A stretch of DNA of 64,000 nucleotides from positions 352,001 to 416,000 of the forward strand of contig CAWAMW010000017.1 of the NCBI GenBank assembly GCA_963783305.1, written 5' to 3'. Position numbers and translations under genes: made by a program. This document shows, piece after piece, positions 9,081 through 20,028 of this stretch. Within the stretch, counting starts at the first letter, position 1; each line of letters starts with the position of its first letter. Under the pieces are notes generated by a model. The model did not search any database. It saw only the letters and a program-made list of their open reading frames with translations, and was not told the DNA's origin. The DNA is from an uncultured Gemmatimonadales bacterium. Its GTDB lineage: Bacteria; Gemmatimonadota; Gemmatimonadetes; Longimicrobiales; RSA9.

Positions 9081-11156
9081 ATGACCCGCGACTTCGACAA
9101 CATCTACACCCACGGCTTCGTCCGCGCCGCGGTCTGCGTTCCGCACATCCGGATCGCGGACCCGGCGCACAACGTCGAGGCCACGCTGGCGATGGCGCGG
9201 AAGGCGGACGCGCGGCAGGCGGGGATCGCGCTCTTCCCGGAGCTGGGGATCACGGGGTACAGCAACGACGACCTTTTCCAGCAGGACGCGCTGCTGGACG
9301 CGGCGGTGGACGCCATCGGGACGCTGGTGGAGGCGAGCGCGGAGCTGTGCCCGCTGCTGCTGGTGGGCGCGCCGCTCCGGTTCGAGGGGAAGCTCTTCAA
9401 CTGCGCGCTGGTGATCCATCGGGGTGAGCTGCTGGGGATCGTGCCGAAGACGTACATCCCGAACTACCGTGAGTTCTACGAGAAGCGGCAGTTCACGTCG
9501 GGGCGGGACGCGGTGTCGCGGCACGTGTCGCTCCTGGGCCGGCGGGTGCCGTTCGGCCGGGACCTGATCTTCGACGCCAACGACCTCGCCGGTCTCTCGC
9601 TGCACGTGGAGATCTGCGAGGACCTGTGGGCGCCGGTCCCGCCGAGCACGTACGCGGCGCTGGCGGGCGCCACGGTGCTGGCGAACCTGTCGGCGAGCAA
9701 CATCATCATCGGGAAGGCGGAGTACCGGAAGGACCTGTGCGCGGCGCAGAGCGGGAAGTGCATCGCGGCCTACATGTACGCGGCCGCCGGCCCCGGGGAG
9801 TCCACGACGGACCTGGCGTGGGACGGTCACGCGCTCATCTACGAGAACAACGAGCTGCTGGCGGAGGGGGAGCGGTTCAGCGACGAGCCGCACGTCCTCA
9901 TCGCGGACCTGGACCTGGAGCGGCTGGCGCAGGACCGGATGCGGATGACCACGTTCAACGACGCCGTGGGCGACCACCTCCAGGGCGTGCGCGAGATGCG
10001 TCGGGTGCCATTCACCTTCGACCCTCCCGCCGGCACGATCCCGCTCGAGCGTCCCCTCGACCGGTTCCCCTACGTCCCGAGCGAGGCGCGGGAGCGGGAC
10101 GCCCGCTGTTACGAGGCCTACAACATCCAGGTCCAGGGACTGACCCAGCGGCTCCGGGCCACGAAGATCGACAAGCTGGTGATCGGCGTCTCCGGCGGGC
10201 TCGACTCCACGCAGGCGCTCATCGTGGCCGCGCGGGCCATGGACCGGCTGGGCCTCCCCCGCTCCAACATCCTCGCCTACACCATGCCCGGCTTCGCCAC
10301 GAGTGAGTCGACGAAGTCGAACGCGTGGAAGCTGATGGAGTCGCTGGGCGTGAGCGCGGAGGAGATCGACATCCGGCCGTCGGCGCGGCAGATGCTGGAA
10401 GACATTGGCCACCCGTTCGCGCGTGGCGAGGAGGTGTACGACGTGACGTTCGAGAACGTGCAGGCGGGCGAGCGGACGTCGCACCTGTTCCGACTGGCGA
10501 ACCACCACGGCGGGCTGGTGCTGGGCACCGGCGACCTGAGCGAGCTGGCGCTCGGCTGGACGACGTACGGGGTGGGCGACCAGATGTCGCACTACAACGT
10601 GAACACGTCGGTTCCGAAGACGCTGATCCAGTATTTGATCCGGTGGGTGGTGGGCGAGGGGCTGTTCGACGACGCGACGAACGAAGTGCTCACGGCCATC
10701 GTGAACACGGAGATCTCGCCCGAGCTGGTGCCCGGTGCCCTGGAGGAGGGGGCGGAGGGCGATCACGCGGACGACGGTCCGTCGCAACGGACGGAGGAGA
10801 AGGTGGGGCCGTACGAGCTCCAGGACTTCCACCTCTATTTCGTGAGCCGCTACGGCTTCCGGCCCAGCAAGGTGGCGTTCCTGGCGCGCGCGGCGTGGAG
10901 CGACCGCGGACGCGGCCACTGGCCCGACACGATCCCGGAGGAGGGCCGGAACGAGTACGACCTGGCCACGATCAAGAAGTGGCTGGAAGTCTTCCTGTTC
11001 CGCTTCTTCCAGATCAGCCAGTTCAAGCGGAGCGCCATGCCGAACGGCCCGAAAGTGGGGTCGGGCGGGTCGCTGAGCCCGCGTGGCGACTGGCGTGCAC
11101 CCAGCGATGCGAGCGCAACGCCGTGGCTGGAGGAGCTGCGGCGGAACGTGCCGTGA
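9081..11156 (+). CDS. nadE: Glutamine-dependent NAD+ synthetase
   Basis: Nitrilase domain (FPELG, EICEDLW) followed by synthetase domain ([31 protein letters not shown]). Confidence 0.97.
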   Translation: MTRDFDNIYTHGFVRAAVCVPHIRIADPAHNVEATLAMARKADARQAGIALFPELGITGYSNDDLFQQDALLDAAVDAIGTLVEASAELCPLLLVGAPLRFEGKLFNCALVIHRGELLGIVPKTYIPNYREFYEKRQFTSGRDAVSRHVSLLGRRVPFGRDLIFDANDLAGLSLHVEICEDLWAPVPPSTYAALAGATVLANLSASNIIIGKAEYRKDLCAAQSGKCIAAYMYAAAGPGESTTDLAWDGHALIYENNELLAEGERFSDEPHVLIADLDLERLAQDRMRMTTFNDAVGDHLQGVREMRRVPFTFDPPAGTIPLERPLDRFPYVPSEARERDARCYEAYNIQVQGLTQRLRATKIDKLVIGVSGGLDSTQALIVAARAMDRLGLPRSNILAYTMPGFATSESTKSNAWKLMESLGVSAEEIDIRPSARQMLEDIGHPFARGEEVYDVTFENVQAGERTSHLFRLANHHGGLVLGTGDLSELALGWTTYGVGDQMSHYNVNTSVPKTLIQYLIRWVVGEGLFDDATNEVLTAIVNTEISPELVPGALEEGAEGDHADDGPSQRTEEKVGPYELQDFHLYFVSRYGFRPSKVAFLARAAWSDRGRGHWPDTIPEEGRNEYDLATIKKWLEVFLFRFFQISQFKRSAMPNGPKVGSGGSLSPRGDWRAPSDASATPWLEELRRNVP

Positions 11157-11158
11157 GC

Positions 11159-11270
11159 AGGAGGCAGGAGTAGGAGGCTGGAGTAGGAGGCAGGAGTAGG
11201 AGGCAGGAGTAGGAGGCCGCCCGGAAGATCCTACTCCTACTCCTACTCCTACTCCTGCCTCCTGCCTCCT
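11159..11270. repeat. Tandem AGGAGGC/AGGAGT array and its inverted complement between convergent genes (hairpin or terminator-like)
   Basis: 13-bp unit AGGAGGC(A/T)GGAGT x4.5 at 11159-11217; (ACTCCT)4(GCCTCCT)2 at ~11229-11270. Confidence 0.85.
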
Positions 11271-13515
11271 AGAGGAAGGACCAGAGCGACGGGTCCACGG
11301 AGAGGATGACCACGCCGTCCCAGCGGTCGGTGCGGAGCGCGTAATCGAGGCGGATGACGTCGTGGAGCAGCCCCAGCCCGACACCCACGGAGGCGCGGGG
11401 CGAGCCGGTGTGGCGCGGGATCCATGGCTCGAGCTCCCCGGTCGCGGGCGCCGGGCCGCCATCGCCGTCGAAGGAGGACGGAACGGGCACCGGGCCGCCG
11501 GCGGTCCAGCCGATGGCGCCGAGCCCCCTCACGCGCAGCGCGCCGGGGACGATCGTCCGCCAGAGCGTCACGTCGGCCCAGGCCGCCTGCGCGCCGACAT
11601 AGGCGTGGAAGGGATGACCCGGCAGGGTGTTCGGACCGCCGATGTACCAGAGCTGGTGCGGCGCCAGGGGCCCCGCGCTCACCGCGGCCGTGAGGCGGAG
11701 GTCGGCACCGGCGCTGCGCGCGCCGTCCGTCCAGCCCCATTCCGCGTCCAGCCGGCCCCGGAGGAACTCCCGCGGCTGATCGTCGGAGTCTCCGGAGAAC
11801 ACGCCCACCTGCAGGCTCGGGCGCAGCGACACCCTGGCCGGTCCCAGGGGGCGACCCCCTTCCCGGCTCCAGGCCGCGGCGATCTCGGTCCCGCTCTCCG
11901 CGGCCGGCACCGGGCGGAAGAGGCGTTCCTCGTCGCCGGGGGCGTGGGTGCGAGCCTGCTCGGCACGCTCCACGTACTCGACGCTGAGCTCCACGGCGGT
12001 CCGGCTCCGGCCCGCACCCCAGCGTCGGGCCATCGTGCCACCCGACGCCAGGACGAAGTCGCGGTAGTCACGGCCGAGCGCGGCCGCCGAAATGGAGGAC
12101 AGCACACCGGCTGTGGCGGGCCTCAAGCCCAGCGCGCGTGGCCGGTTCAGGTAGGCCTCGGCGAAGAGGCGTGGGCGCGTATCGGGTCCGGCGGGGCGCC
12201 AGCCGATGCGACCCAGGGGCTCTCCGCTTCCCCACGCCCAGCCGCCGTACACGTACGCCTGGGACCGGCCGACCCCGAACGTGAGGCCGGCGCCGGTGAC
12301 GAGCCCCTCGGCCCGGTCGAACCGCACTACGTCGGAGGCGGACGGCGCGAAGAAGCGCGTGCGCGGCACGCCGCGCAGGAAACGTTCTCGCAGGATGCGG
12401 CCGGTGATGGCATCCACGTCCACATCGTCCAGCGTGCCGGGCTCTGCTCCCTCGAGCCCCACGCTCGCGAACCCGTCATAGAGTCCCTCCTCGAACTCGT
12501 ACTCCGCGAGCCGCTCGGGGCCAGCGGCCACGGCCACGGCGGGGCCGCGAAAGAACGTGGGCGGCAGGTCGGGATTCAGATCATAGTTCTGCACGCGGAG
12601 CGCACCGCGGATGACGGTTCCCACGTCCAGGTCGATCTCGGGGATCTCGCGCCTCACCAGCAGGCGCTGCTCCCGCGGCAGCCAGTACTTCCCTTCCCAG
12701 AGGGCGTTCTCCAGCATCACCTCCACCCGCTCGTTGCGGGGGTCGCGGTAGGAGGCGGGGGTGAAGGTGAAGGCGAGGCGGACCAGGTCGCCGCGCGCAC
12801 GCTCGAGGTAGAGAGAGCCCACGAACCCGGGCAGCGAGAAGTCGCGGGGCCGCACCTGGATCTCGTACACGCGGATGGGGTCCGGCTGCCCCGGGAGCCG
12901 GATCGTGGTGGAGTCGCCGAGCCGGAAGTCGTAGAAGATGCGACCCTCGGCGGCAAGCGGGTGGATGACGTTCCGCACGTCCCGCCCCTCGCCCACCCGG
13001 ATCACGTCATCGAAGCCGTTCTGGATGACCGTGTAGCGATCGAGATAGTAGCGGAAATCCTTGATCGGGAACTCCTCCGCCGATCGCATTCCCCGGATCA
13101 CCTGCTTCACCCGGTCCGGTTCAGCCCAGTAGAGGTCGAGGGCCACCTGGTCGGCCCGGAGCAGCACGGGCTCCGGGTCGTCCTCCCGGTCAATGAAGAA
13201 GTAGATGTGGCCGGTGACATCGGCGCGGTAGCTCCGGAGCGAGGAGTCGGCCACCGGCTGCCGCCTGCGGGTGCGCGCGAGCGCCACGAGCTCCAGCGCA
13301 CGCGGTCCGTTCCAGCCACTCGGGCCCGCGGGGAGCGGCGCGATCCGGCTGGTGTCCTGGGCGGAGAGGGGCGTTGGAGCGGCGGCACCCGCCAGAGAGA
13401 TCACCAGCAACGCAGCGGACGCCAGGGTGGGGCGCAGGCGGTCACCGGGGCGGCGGAGGCGCTGCAGGAGAAGCTGCCGGAGAGGCTCGGGTGCGCGCGG
13501 CTGCGGTCGTCGCAT
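11269..13515 (-). CDS. Hypothetical exported / outer-membrane beta-barrel protein
   Basis: Long ORF with coding-like codon bias, signal peptide, and BamA/TamA-like C-terminus (IGGPNTLPGH, SVGVGLGLLHDVIRLDYA). Confidence 0.7.
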   Translation of the reverse strand: MRRPQPRAPEPLRQLLLQRLRRPGDRLRPTLASAALLVISLAGAAAPTPLSAQDTSRIAPLPAGPSGWNGPRALELVALARTRRRQPVADSSLRSYRADVTGHIYFFIDREDDPEPVLLRADQVALDLYWAEPDRVKQVIRGMRSAEEFPIKDFRYYLDRYTVIQNGFDDVIRVGEGRDVRNVIHPLAAEGRIFYDFRLGDSTTIRLPGQPDPIRVYEIQVRPRDFSLPGFVGSLYLERARGDLVRLAFTFTPASYRDPRNERVEVMLENALWEGKYWLPREQRLLVRREIPEIDLDVGTVIRGALRVQNYDLNPDLPPTFFRGPAVAVAAGPERLAEYEFEEGLYDGFASVGLEGAEPGTLDDVDVDAITGRILRERFLRGVPRTRFFAPSASDVVRFDRAEGLVTGAGLTFGVGRSQAYVYGGWAWGSGEPLGRIGWRPAGPDTRPRLFAEAYLNRPRALGLRPATAGVLSSISAAALGRDYRDFVLASGGTMARRWGAGRSRTAVELSVEYVERAEQARTHAPGDEERLFRPVPAAESGTEIAAAWSREGGRPLGPARVSLRPSLQVGVFSGDSDDQPREFLRGRLDAEWGWTDGARSAGADLRLTAAVSAGPLAPHQLWYIGGPNTLPGHPFHAYVGAQAAWADVTLWRTIVPGALRVRGLGAIGWTAGGPVPVPSSFDGDGGPAPATGELEPWIPRHTGSPRASVGVGLGLLHDVIRLDYALRTDRWDGVVILSVDPSLWSFL

Positions 13516-13517
13516 GG

Positions 13518-14327
13518 TCAGCCTCGCTGGAAGATGCGGCTCCACACCCCGGCGGCGAAAAACAGGGCCGCGGCCAGGAGGACGATGGCGGCACCCGACG
13601 GCAGGTTGACGAGCCACGCGATCCAGAGGCCGCCCACCACGGAGATGAGGGCGAAGGCGATGGACAGGACGAGCATGCTACGGACGCCGGGCGCCAGCAG
13701 CTGAGCGGTGGCGGCCGGGATCACCAGAAAGGCGGAAACCAACACGATCCCCACCACCTTGATGGCGGAGACAATGGTGACCGCCAGGAGTGTGAGGAGC
13801 AGGTAGCGGAGACGAGCGGCGGGGAGCCCGGCCGCGCGAGCCGTCTCCTCGTCCACGCTGACGAAGAGGAGCTCCTTGAAGAAGAAGGTGGTGACCAGGA
13901 GTACGCCGCCCACGAGGATGCCGGCGAAGACCAGGTCCTGGTGCCCCACCAGGAGGATATTGCCGAAGAGGTACCCCAGGAGGTCCTGCCGATAGTCGGG
14001 GGTGCCGGCCATGAGCGCCACACCCAGCGCCATGGCGGTGGGAAAGAAGATGCCGATAGCGGTCTCCTCGGAGAGCTTGCCACGTCCGGTGGTGGCCCCG
14101 ATCAACCACGCCACGGCGACGGAGAACCCGAGCGCGGCGACGAGCGGGTTTATGCCCAGGAGGACTCCGAGGGCCACGCCGCCCAGGGCGGCGTGGGATA
14201 TCCCCACACCGACGAAGGCCATGCGTCGGAGCACGACGAAGAACGCGAGCACCGCGCAGCCCAGGCCGATGATGAGGCCGGCAAGGAGGGCGCGCTGCCC
14301 GAACTCGTAGGAGAGGAACTCGATCAC
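13518..14327 (-). CDS. znuB: Zn/Mn ABC transporter permease
   Basis: VVLRRMAFVGVGISHAAL, YLFGNIL and KVVGIVLV motifs; multiple TM segments. Confidence 0.9.
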   Translation of the reverse strand: MIEFLSYEFGQRALLAGLIIGLGCAVLAFFVVLRRMAFVGVGISHAALGGVALGVLLGINPLVAALGFSVAVAWLIGATTGRGKLSEETAIGIFFPTAMALGVALMAGTPDYRQDLLGYLFGNILLVGHQDLVFAGILVGGVLLVTTFFFKELLFVSVDEETARAAGLPAARLRYLLLTLLAVTIVSAIKVVGIVLVSAFLVIPAATAQLLAPGVRSMLVLSIAFALISVVGGLWIAWLVNLPSGAAIVLLAAALFFAAGVWSRIFQRG

Positions 14328-15106
14328 TGGGCGTGCCGATGGACGTGGCCGTGCGGGAAGTCGTACACCTGGTCCAGCGTCTCGGACTGGAGCACCTGGG
14401 CGGGGGTACCCATGGCGCGTACAGTCCGGTCCACGAGCAGCACGGTGTCGGCGTGGCGGGCCACGACCTCTACGTCATGGGAAGCGGCCATGAGGGTGAT
14501 CCCCTCCGTGCGCTGGAGGGTGCAGCAGGTGTCGTAGAAGCGGGCCTGGGCGGCGGGGTCCAGACCGGCGGTGGGCTCGTCGAGGAGCAGGAGCCGCGGC
14601 TCTGCCACCAGTGCCCGGGCGATGAGGGCGCGCCGCTGCTGGCCGCCCGAAAGCTCACCAAAGCGCCGATCGGCGGACGGCCCCAGGTCCACGCGCTCGA
14701 GGGCGCGGTGCGCCGCCGCCCGGTCCTTCGCCCCGGGACGCCGCCCCCAGCCGACATGCGGGTAGCGTCCCATGATCACCACGTCCTGGACCGAGAGCGG
14801 GAACTCCTGCGGGACGCCGGTGGTCTGCGGGACGTACCCGATCCTGTGTCCCCGCGAGCCCGGGCTCTGGCCCAGGACCCGGATCACGCCGGAGCGCGGC
14901 TTCCGCAGGCCCAGGAGCAGCCGGAGGATGGTGGTCTTGCCCGCACCGTTGGGGCCGATGAGGGCGGTGAAGGTCCCCTCCCTCACGTCGAAGCTCACGT
15001 CCTCCAGCACCTGACTGCGCCCGTAGCGAAATGACACCCCGTCGAAGACGATGGCCATGGCCCCGTCCGCGCGGCTCCCGCCGTCGTTCTCGGGCCGCGC
15101 CATCAC
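14324..15106 (-). CDS. znuC: Zn/Mn ABC transporter ATP-binding protein
   Basis: GPNGAGKT, LSGGQQRR, LLLLDEP; His-rich C-terminus. Confidence 0.92.
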   Translation of the reverse strand: MMARPENDGGSRADGAMAIVFDGVSFRYGRSQVLEDVSFDVREGTFTALIGPNGAGKTTILRLLLGLRKPRSGVIRVLGQSPGSRGHRIGYVPQTTGVPQEFPLSVQDVVIMGRYPHVGWGRRPGAKDRAAAHRALERVDLGPSADRRFGELSGGQQRRALIARALVAEPRLLLLDEPTAGLDPAAQARFYDTCCTLQRTEGITLMAASHDVEVVARHADTVLLVDRTVRAMGTPAQVLQSETLDQVYDFPHGHVHRHAQ

Positions 15107-15986
15107 TTCGCCGCTCCGAGGGCGCGGGCGAAGGCACGAGCGTTGAAGCGCATGAGCGAGAGATAGTCTTCGCGGCCGGGCATCGACGCGCCGCCCACGG
15201 GATCGGCGACCTCGACGCGCGCGCGCAACTCGCTGGCCAGGGCGTCCACACCGCCGCGGCCCAGCTGCGGCTCGGCGATCACGGCGGACACCTGCCGGGC
15301 CCGCGCCTCGTCCACCAGCCGCGCCAGCGCCCGGGTGGCGATCTCGCGGCCGGGCGCAGCGTGCACCACCCCCGCGGGGATCAGGTCATAGCGCTCGGCG
15401 AAGTACACCCACGCCGGGTGTGCGGAGACGAAGCGGCGGGAGGGCGCGTGGGCGAGCATGGCGCGGATCTCCGCGTCCAGCGCGGTGAGGGAGTCGGCGT
15501 ACGCCGCAGCGCGGCCGCGGATCGCGGCGGCGGAATCGGGCTCGAGCTGCACGAGCGCCTCCGTCAGCGCGGGAGCAGGATGTCACGAACGCGGATCGGA
15601 TCGAGCCAGACGTGGGGGTTGTCGGCCACGAGCTCCATCCCCTCTGTGAACACTACCGTGGGGATCCCGGTGGGCGCGCCGACCCAGGCGTCGGCGGCGC
15701 CACCGGCACGCACCAGCAGGTCGGCGGCCGCGATCGCCTCGGCGTCGCGAGGAGTCGCTTCGTACGTGTCGGGATGCGCACCCGGCGGCAGCAGCGTGTG
15801 GACGCTGACGTGCGCCCCCGCGACTGCCTGGACCACGCTCGCCAGCGGGTGGAGCGTGGCCACGACGGCCGGACCGGTAGCGGTTTCGGCGGGAAGATCA
15901 TCCCTTCCACAGGCCGTCAGCAGGGCCGGAAGCAGAAGGATCAGCGCTAGAATTCGCATGCGTGGTGATGATAGACGTCGTGACAC
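15103..15986 (-). CDS. znuA: Zn/Mn ABC transporter substrate-binding lipoprotein; one frameshift near 15572
   Basis: LTAC lipobox, GAHPDTYE and NPHVWLDP in ORF 15564..15986; HPAWVYFAERY in ORF 15103..15552. One extra C in a C-run joins them. Confidence 0.85.
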
Positions 15987-16189
15987 CCACGGGGAAGCCC
16001 TTGCCGGAACGCCTCCGAACCCGGACTTTTCAGGCGCATGTCAGATGTACCCCCCCAACACCGTCACAACCAGGAGGCAGTAATGGGTCGATTCCCACTG
16101 CGACCCCTCGCACTCGGGCTGATGATAGCCGGGAGCGCTTCTCCCGCGTTCGCCCAGGTTTCCAGCGTTTACAACCTGAAGGAGATGCC

Positions 16190-17584
16190 ATGAGACGACG
16201 TCTCGTCCTCGCGAGTGCCGCGCTCGTTGCGGCCACCCTCGCCTCCTCGCCCGCGTCCGGGCAGGGGTCGGCGGTCATGACCCACAGCTCGTGCGCGACG
16301 GCCCTGGGTGGCGCGGGGGTCGCGTCCCCGTGCGACGACGGGTCGGCAGTGCTGTTCAGTCCGGCGGCGATTGCGACCCAGCCGGGCGTGGTGGGCGCAG
16401 GGCTGACGGCCATCACGTCGGATGGCGCGTTCACGTACGACTACACGGGCGAGCGGATCGAGCGGGAGCAGGCCACCACGCCCGTGCCGTTCGGGTTCGC
16501 GACGTACCGCTTCGGCGAGCGGCTCGCGGCGGGGATCGGGGTCTTCGCGCCGTACGGGCTGGGGCTGGACTGGCCGGATACGTTCGAGGGCCGGTACAGC
16601 AGCTACGACACCGCGCTGCGGAACATCTACATCCAGCCCACGCTCGCCTACCGCGTCAGCGACATGTTGGCGGTGGGGGCCGGCGTGGACTACGTGCGGG
16701 CGTCCATCGACATCAACCAGCGGGCTGACCTGGCGACGACGGGGGTCCCCGGCGCTCCGGCCGGGATCACGTTCGGGAACCTGGGCGTCCCGCTCATGAC
16801 CGACTTCGCCGACATCGGCCTCTCGGGCGACGGGACCGGGTTCGGCTTCAACGCCGGCGCCGTCCTGGAGTTGTCGCGCTTCTCCCTCGGCGTGCGCTAC
16901 ATGAGCGAGGTCGAGATCGACTACTCGGGCACGGCCGAGTTCCGACAGATCCAGACGGGGCTCATCCTGCCAAACGGTGTGCCGGTGGATGCGGCTTTTC
17001 AGCCGCAGTTCCTCCCGGATTCGGCGCTGGCCACCCAGGGGATCGAGACGACGCTCACGCTCCCGGCCCAATTCGTCATCGGCGCGGCGGTGCGGCCGAT
17101 CGAGCGGTTGAAGCTCCAGGTCGACTACCAGTGGACCGAGTGGTCGGTGTTCGACGAGGCGGGGATCGATTTCGAGAACGCGACGGCCCAGGACCAGGTG
17201 CTGGTGCTGGACTACCAGAACGCCAGCACGTATCGCTACGGCGCCGAATTCGCCGCCACGGATGCGCTGGCGCTGCGCGCGGGGTTCATCTACAACACGG
17301 CGGCCGAGAAGGAGTTTTCCGTCACTCCGCTCCTCCCCGAGGCCGAGCGCAACTACTACTCGGTGGGGCTGGGCTACCGGTTCAACCGGGCGCTCGCGAT
17401 CGACGTGGGCTACCAGCTCGTCGACCAGTCTGACCGGCGCGGGCGCGTCCGTGGGCGGGCCCCCGGCCTGGACCCGTCGGACCCGGCCGACCTCGCCACC
17501 CTGCGCGCCCTGAACGTGGGAGTGTACGAGGCGGAGGCGAGCGTGCTGAATGCGACAGTGTCGTACCGCTTCGGCGTGCGCTGA
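16190..17584 (+). CDS. OmpP1/FadL family outer-membrane transporter
   Basis: Signal peptide, ALGGAGVA...DDGSAVLFSPAAI, GIGVFAPYGL, C-terminal beta strand VSYRF. Confidence 0.9.
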   Translation: MRRRLVLASAALVAATLASSPASGQGSAVMTHSSCATALGGAGVASPCDDGSAVLFSPAAIATQPGVVGAGLTAITSDGAFTYDYTGERIEREQATTPVPFGFATYRFGERLAAGIGVFAPYGLGLDWPDTFEGRYSSYDTALRNIYIQPTLAYRVSDMLAVGAGVDYVRASIDINQRADLATTGVPGAPAGITFGNLGVPLMTDFADIGLSGDGTGFGFNAGAVLELSRFSLGVRYMSEVEIDYSGTAEFRQIQTGLILPNGVPVDAAFQPQFLPDSALATQGIETTLTLPAQFVIGAAVRPIERLKLQVDYQWTEWSVFDEAGIDFENATAQDQVLVLDYQNASTYRYGAEFAATDALALRAGFIYNTAAEKEFSVTPLLPEAERNYYSVGLGYRFNRALAIDVGYQLVDQSDRRGRVRGRAPGLDPSDPADLATLRALNVGVYEAEASVLNATVSYRFGVR

Positions 17585-17630
17585 GCGCCGCCAAAGAGGT
17601 CCATCGATGATATCTACGGAGAGCCTTTCC

Positions 17631-18983
17631 ATGAGACGTATACGCTTTCGCCTCCTTCTCGCCCTGATCGTTCTGCCGCTGATGGCGGCCTGCGCCGACG
17701 AGGACCAGACGCCGCTCGGGCCCGTCACGCCGACGCTGCCGGAGCCGGGCGGCGCGCTGTTCGAGCGCTACGTGGCGCTCGGAAACTCCATCACGGCCGG
17801 CTACCAGGCGGGCGGCATCGTCGCCCCGCTCCAGGCGCAGTCGTACGCGGCGATCCTGGCGCAGAAGGCCGGGCTCGAGATCGGCACCGGCTTCTACCTC
17901 CCGCTGCTCGTCGGCCCCGGCTGTCCGCAGCCGTTCGTGGCGCCGCTCACGCCCGCCCCCGCCGCGCCAGCCGGATCGCCGTGCTTCCTCGTGAACCCGC
18001 TCCCCGAAGGTCCGGTCGGGCGGAATCTGGCCGTCCCGGGCGCGCTGATCGAGGACCTGTTCACGGTGCCGCAGAACTCCACGCTCCCGCTGTACCGGCT
18101 CATCACGAGGGGTGAGCCGCAGGTGCAGGTGATGGAGGACTCCGACCCCAGCTTCGTGTCGGTCTGGGTCGGGAACAACGACGCCCTCGCGGCCGCCGTG
18201 GGCGGCGTGCTCGGTCCGCAGAGCGCCGGCGGCGACTCGACCCTCACGCCGCTCTCCGACTTCCAGGCCCGCGTGGACGCCCTGGCGCAGGAGATCGACG
18301 CTGCGGGTGCGCAGGGCGCCGCGCTGATCGGCGTGGTGGACGCCGTCCTGGCCGCGCCGATCCTCCAGCCGGGCGCGTACTTCTTCCTCGCGCGCGACGC
18401 GACCGGGAACTTCAACGGGAAGCCGGTCAACAACAACTGCTCGCCCGTCACCGCGCTGGGCCAGCCGAACCCCCTCGCCGCGAACATGGTTTCGTTCCAG
18501 GTGGTGGGGGTCGCCAGCTTCCCGGAGATCAACTGCGACCCGAACGCCTACCCCGTCGGGGATCCGCGCCGGGGCGTCTACCTGCTCGATACCTCCGAGC
18601 AGGTGGTGGTCCGTACCCGCATCGCCGCCTACAACGCGGCCCTCGCGGCCGCCGCGGACGCCAACGGCTGGGTCTACGTAGATCCGAACGCGGTGGTGGC
18701 CCCCTACCTCCAGGCGCAGGACGCGCAGGGGCGCTTCCAGTTCATCCGCAAGTGCCAGCTCCTCGCCTCGGCCGCCACGCCGGCGGCGTTCCAGCAGGCC
18801 GTGGTCCTCTCCTGCCCGGTGCCGAACTCGGGCGCGACGGAGCCGTTCGCCGCGCCCGGCTTCTTCGGCTCGCTGATCTCGTTCGACGGCGTGCACCCGT
18901 CGGGCGCGACCCACGTGATCATGGCCAACGCCCTCGCCGCGGCCATCAACGCGGAGTACGGCACCGCGCTGCCGACGAACTGA
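17631..18983 (+). CDS. SGNH/GDSL hydrolase lipoprotein
   Basis: ALGNSITAG, WVGNNDAL and FDGVHPS blocks; lipobox MAAC. Confidence 0.85.
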   Translation: MRRIRFRLLLALIVLPLMAACADEDQTPLGPVTPTLPEPGGALFERYVALGNSITAGYQAGGIVAPLQAQSYAAILAQKAGLEIGTGFYLPLLVGPGCPQPFVAPLTPAPAAPAGSPCFLVNPLPEGPVGRNLAVPGALIEDLFTVPQNSTLPLYRLITRGEPQVQVMEDSDPSFVSVWVGNNDALAAAVGGVLGPQSAGGDSTLTPLSDFQARVDALAQEIDAAGAQGAALIGVVDAVLAAPILQPGAYFFLARDATGNFNGKPVNNNCSPVTALGQPNPLAANMVSFQVVGVASFPEINCDPNAYPVGDPRRGVYLLDTSEQVVVRTRIAAYNAALAAAADANGWVYVDPNAVVAPYLQAQDAQGRFQFIRKCQLLASAATPAAFQQAVVLSCPVPNSGATEPFAAPGFFGSLISFDGVHPSGATHVIMANALAAAINAEYGTALPTN

Positions 18984-19390
18984 CGCTCCGCGGCGGCGCC
19001 CGCTGTTCGCCTCCCCCGCCGCGCGCTCGCGCCGGCGGGAGAGGGCGGGCGGCGGCACCGTGTCGCCAGCGATTCCCTGATGGGGCCGGGGGTCGTCAGC
19101 GGAAGGAGACGGTGAAGCCGGTGCGGACGAGGACGTCATTGCGCTCCACGACGTCAGGGAGGCGGGTGTCGCCGCCGTGGACGTCCTGTTCCGACTGCAC
19201 GACGACGGCCGCCTCCCGCAGACCGCCAGTCGCTCCAGTGTCGGCGAATGGAAGGGGGATCCGCCAGTCCTGGCGGCCGTCCCATAGGGATTTGCCCGAC
19301 CCGGATCGCGACCATCTCCCTACTGACAGGCGGCGGCCCGACCGGCTACTTTGGCTCTCATGCGTCCCTCGAAAAGAACTGGGTGATCGC

Positions 19391-19894
19391 ATGCGCCTGA
19401 TTCACGTTGTGACCGCGTTCCTCGCCGGGATCCTCGTGGCCTGTAGCCACTCCCCCGGACCCGTCCCTCTCTCGGGCCCCCCCGCCGACGTTGCCGCTCT
19501 CGAGGGGCAGTGGGCCGGCCAGTACCATTCCTACGACAGCCCGAGCCGATCCGGCACCATCTACTTCCGCCTGGACGCCGGGCAGGACACCGCCCGCGGC
19601 GACGTGCTCATGAGGGTGGGCGGGCGCGAGACCGTGGACGCCATACCCCACCCCGACCCCTGGGCGACGGTGGCCCCGGATAAGATCCTCACCGTCACTT
19701 TCGTGCGGGCGGCGGGGACCACGGTTTTCGGCCGCATGGACCCGTACCCTGACCCCGTCTGCGGCTGCGAGCTCTCAACCGTGTTCACCGGTCGCATCAC
19801 CGAAGACCACATCGAGGGGACGTACACCTCCGAGCACGTCAACGGCGGAGACCGGAGCACCGGCCGGTGGCGCGTGATCCGGACCCGCCGATAG
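19391..19894 (+). CDS. Hypothetical lipoprotein
   Basis: MRLIHVV...LVAC lipobox; LEGQWAGQY beta-barrel-like pattern. Confidence 0.7.
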   Translation: MRLIHVVTAFLAGILVACSHSPGPVPLSGPPADVAALEGQWAGQYHSYDSPSRSGTIYFRLDAGQDTARGDVLMRVGGRETVDAIPHPDPWATVAPDKILTVTFVRAAGTTVFGRMDPYPDPVCGCELSTVFTGRITEDHIEGTYTSEHVNGGDRSTGRWRVIRTRR

Positions 19895-20028
19895 AGCGTT
19901 GTCTGAGAGGTGGGGCGTGGGGAAGTAGCTCGTCGAGCGCCGGCATGATTGACGCCCCCTCGGTTTACCGACCGCCCCGCCGGCCCCGAGGACCGGGCAA
20001 GAGCGCTATTCGACCCACGGCACCCGCT

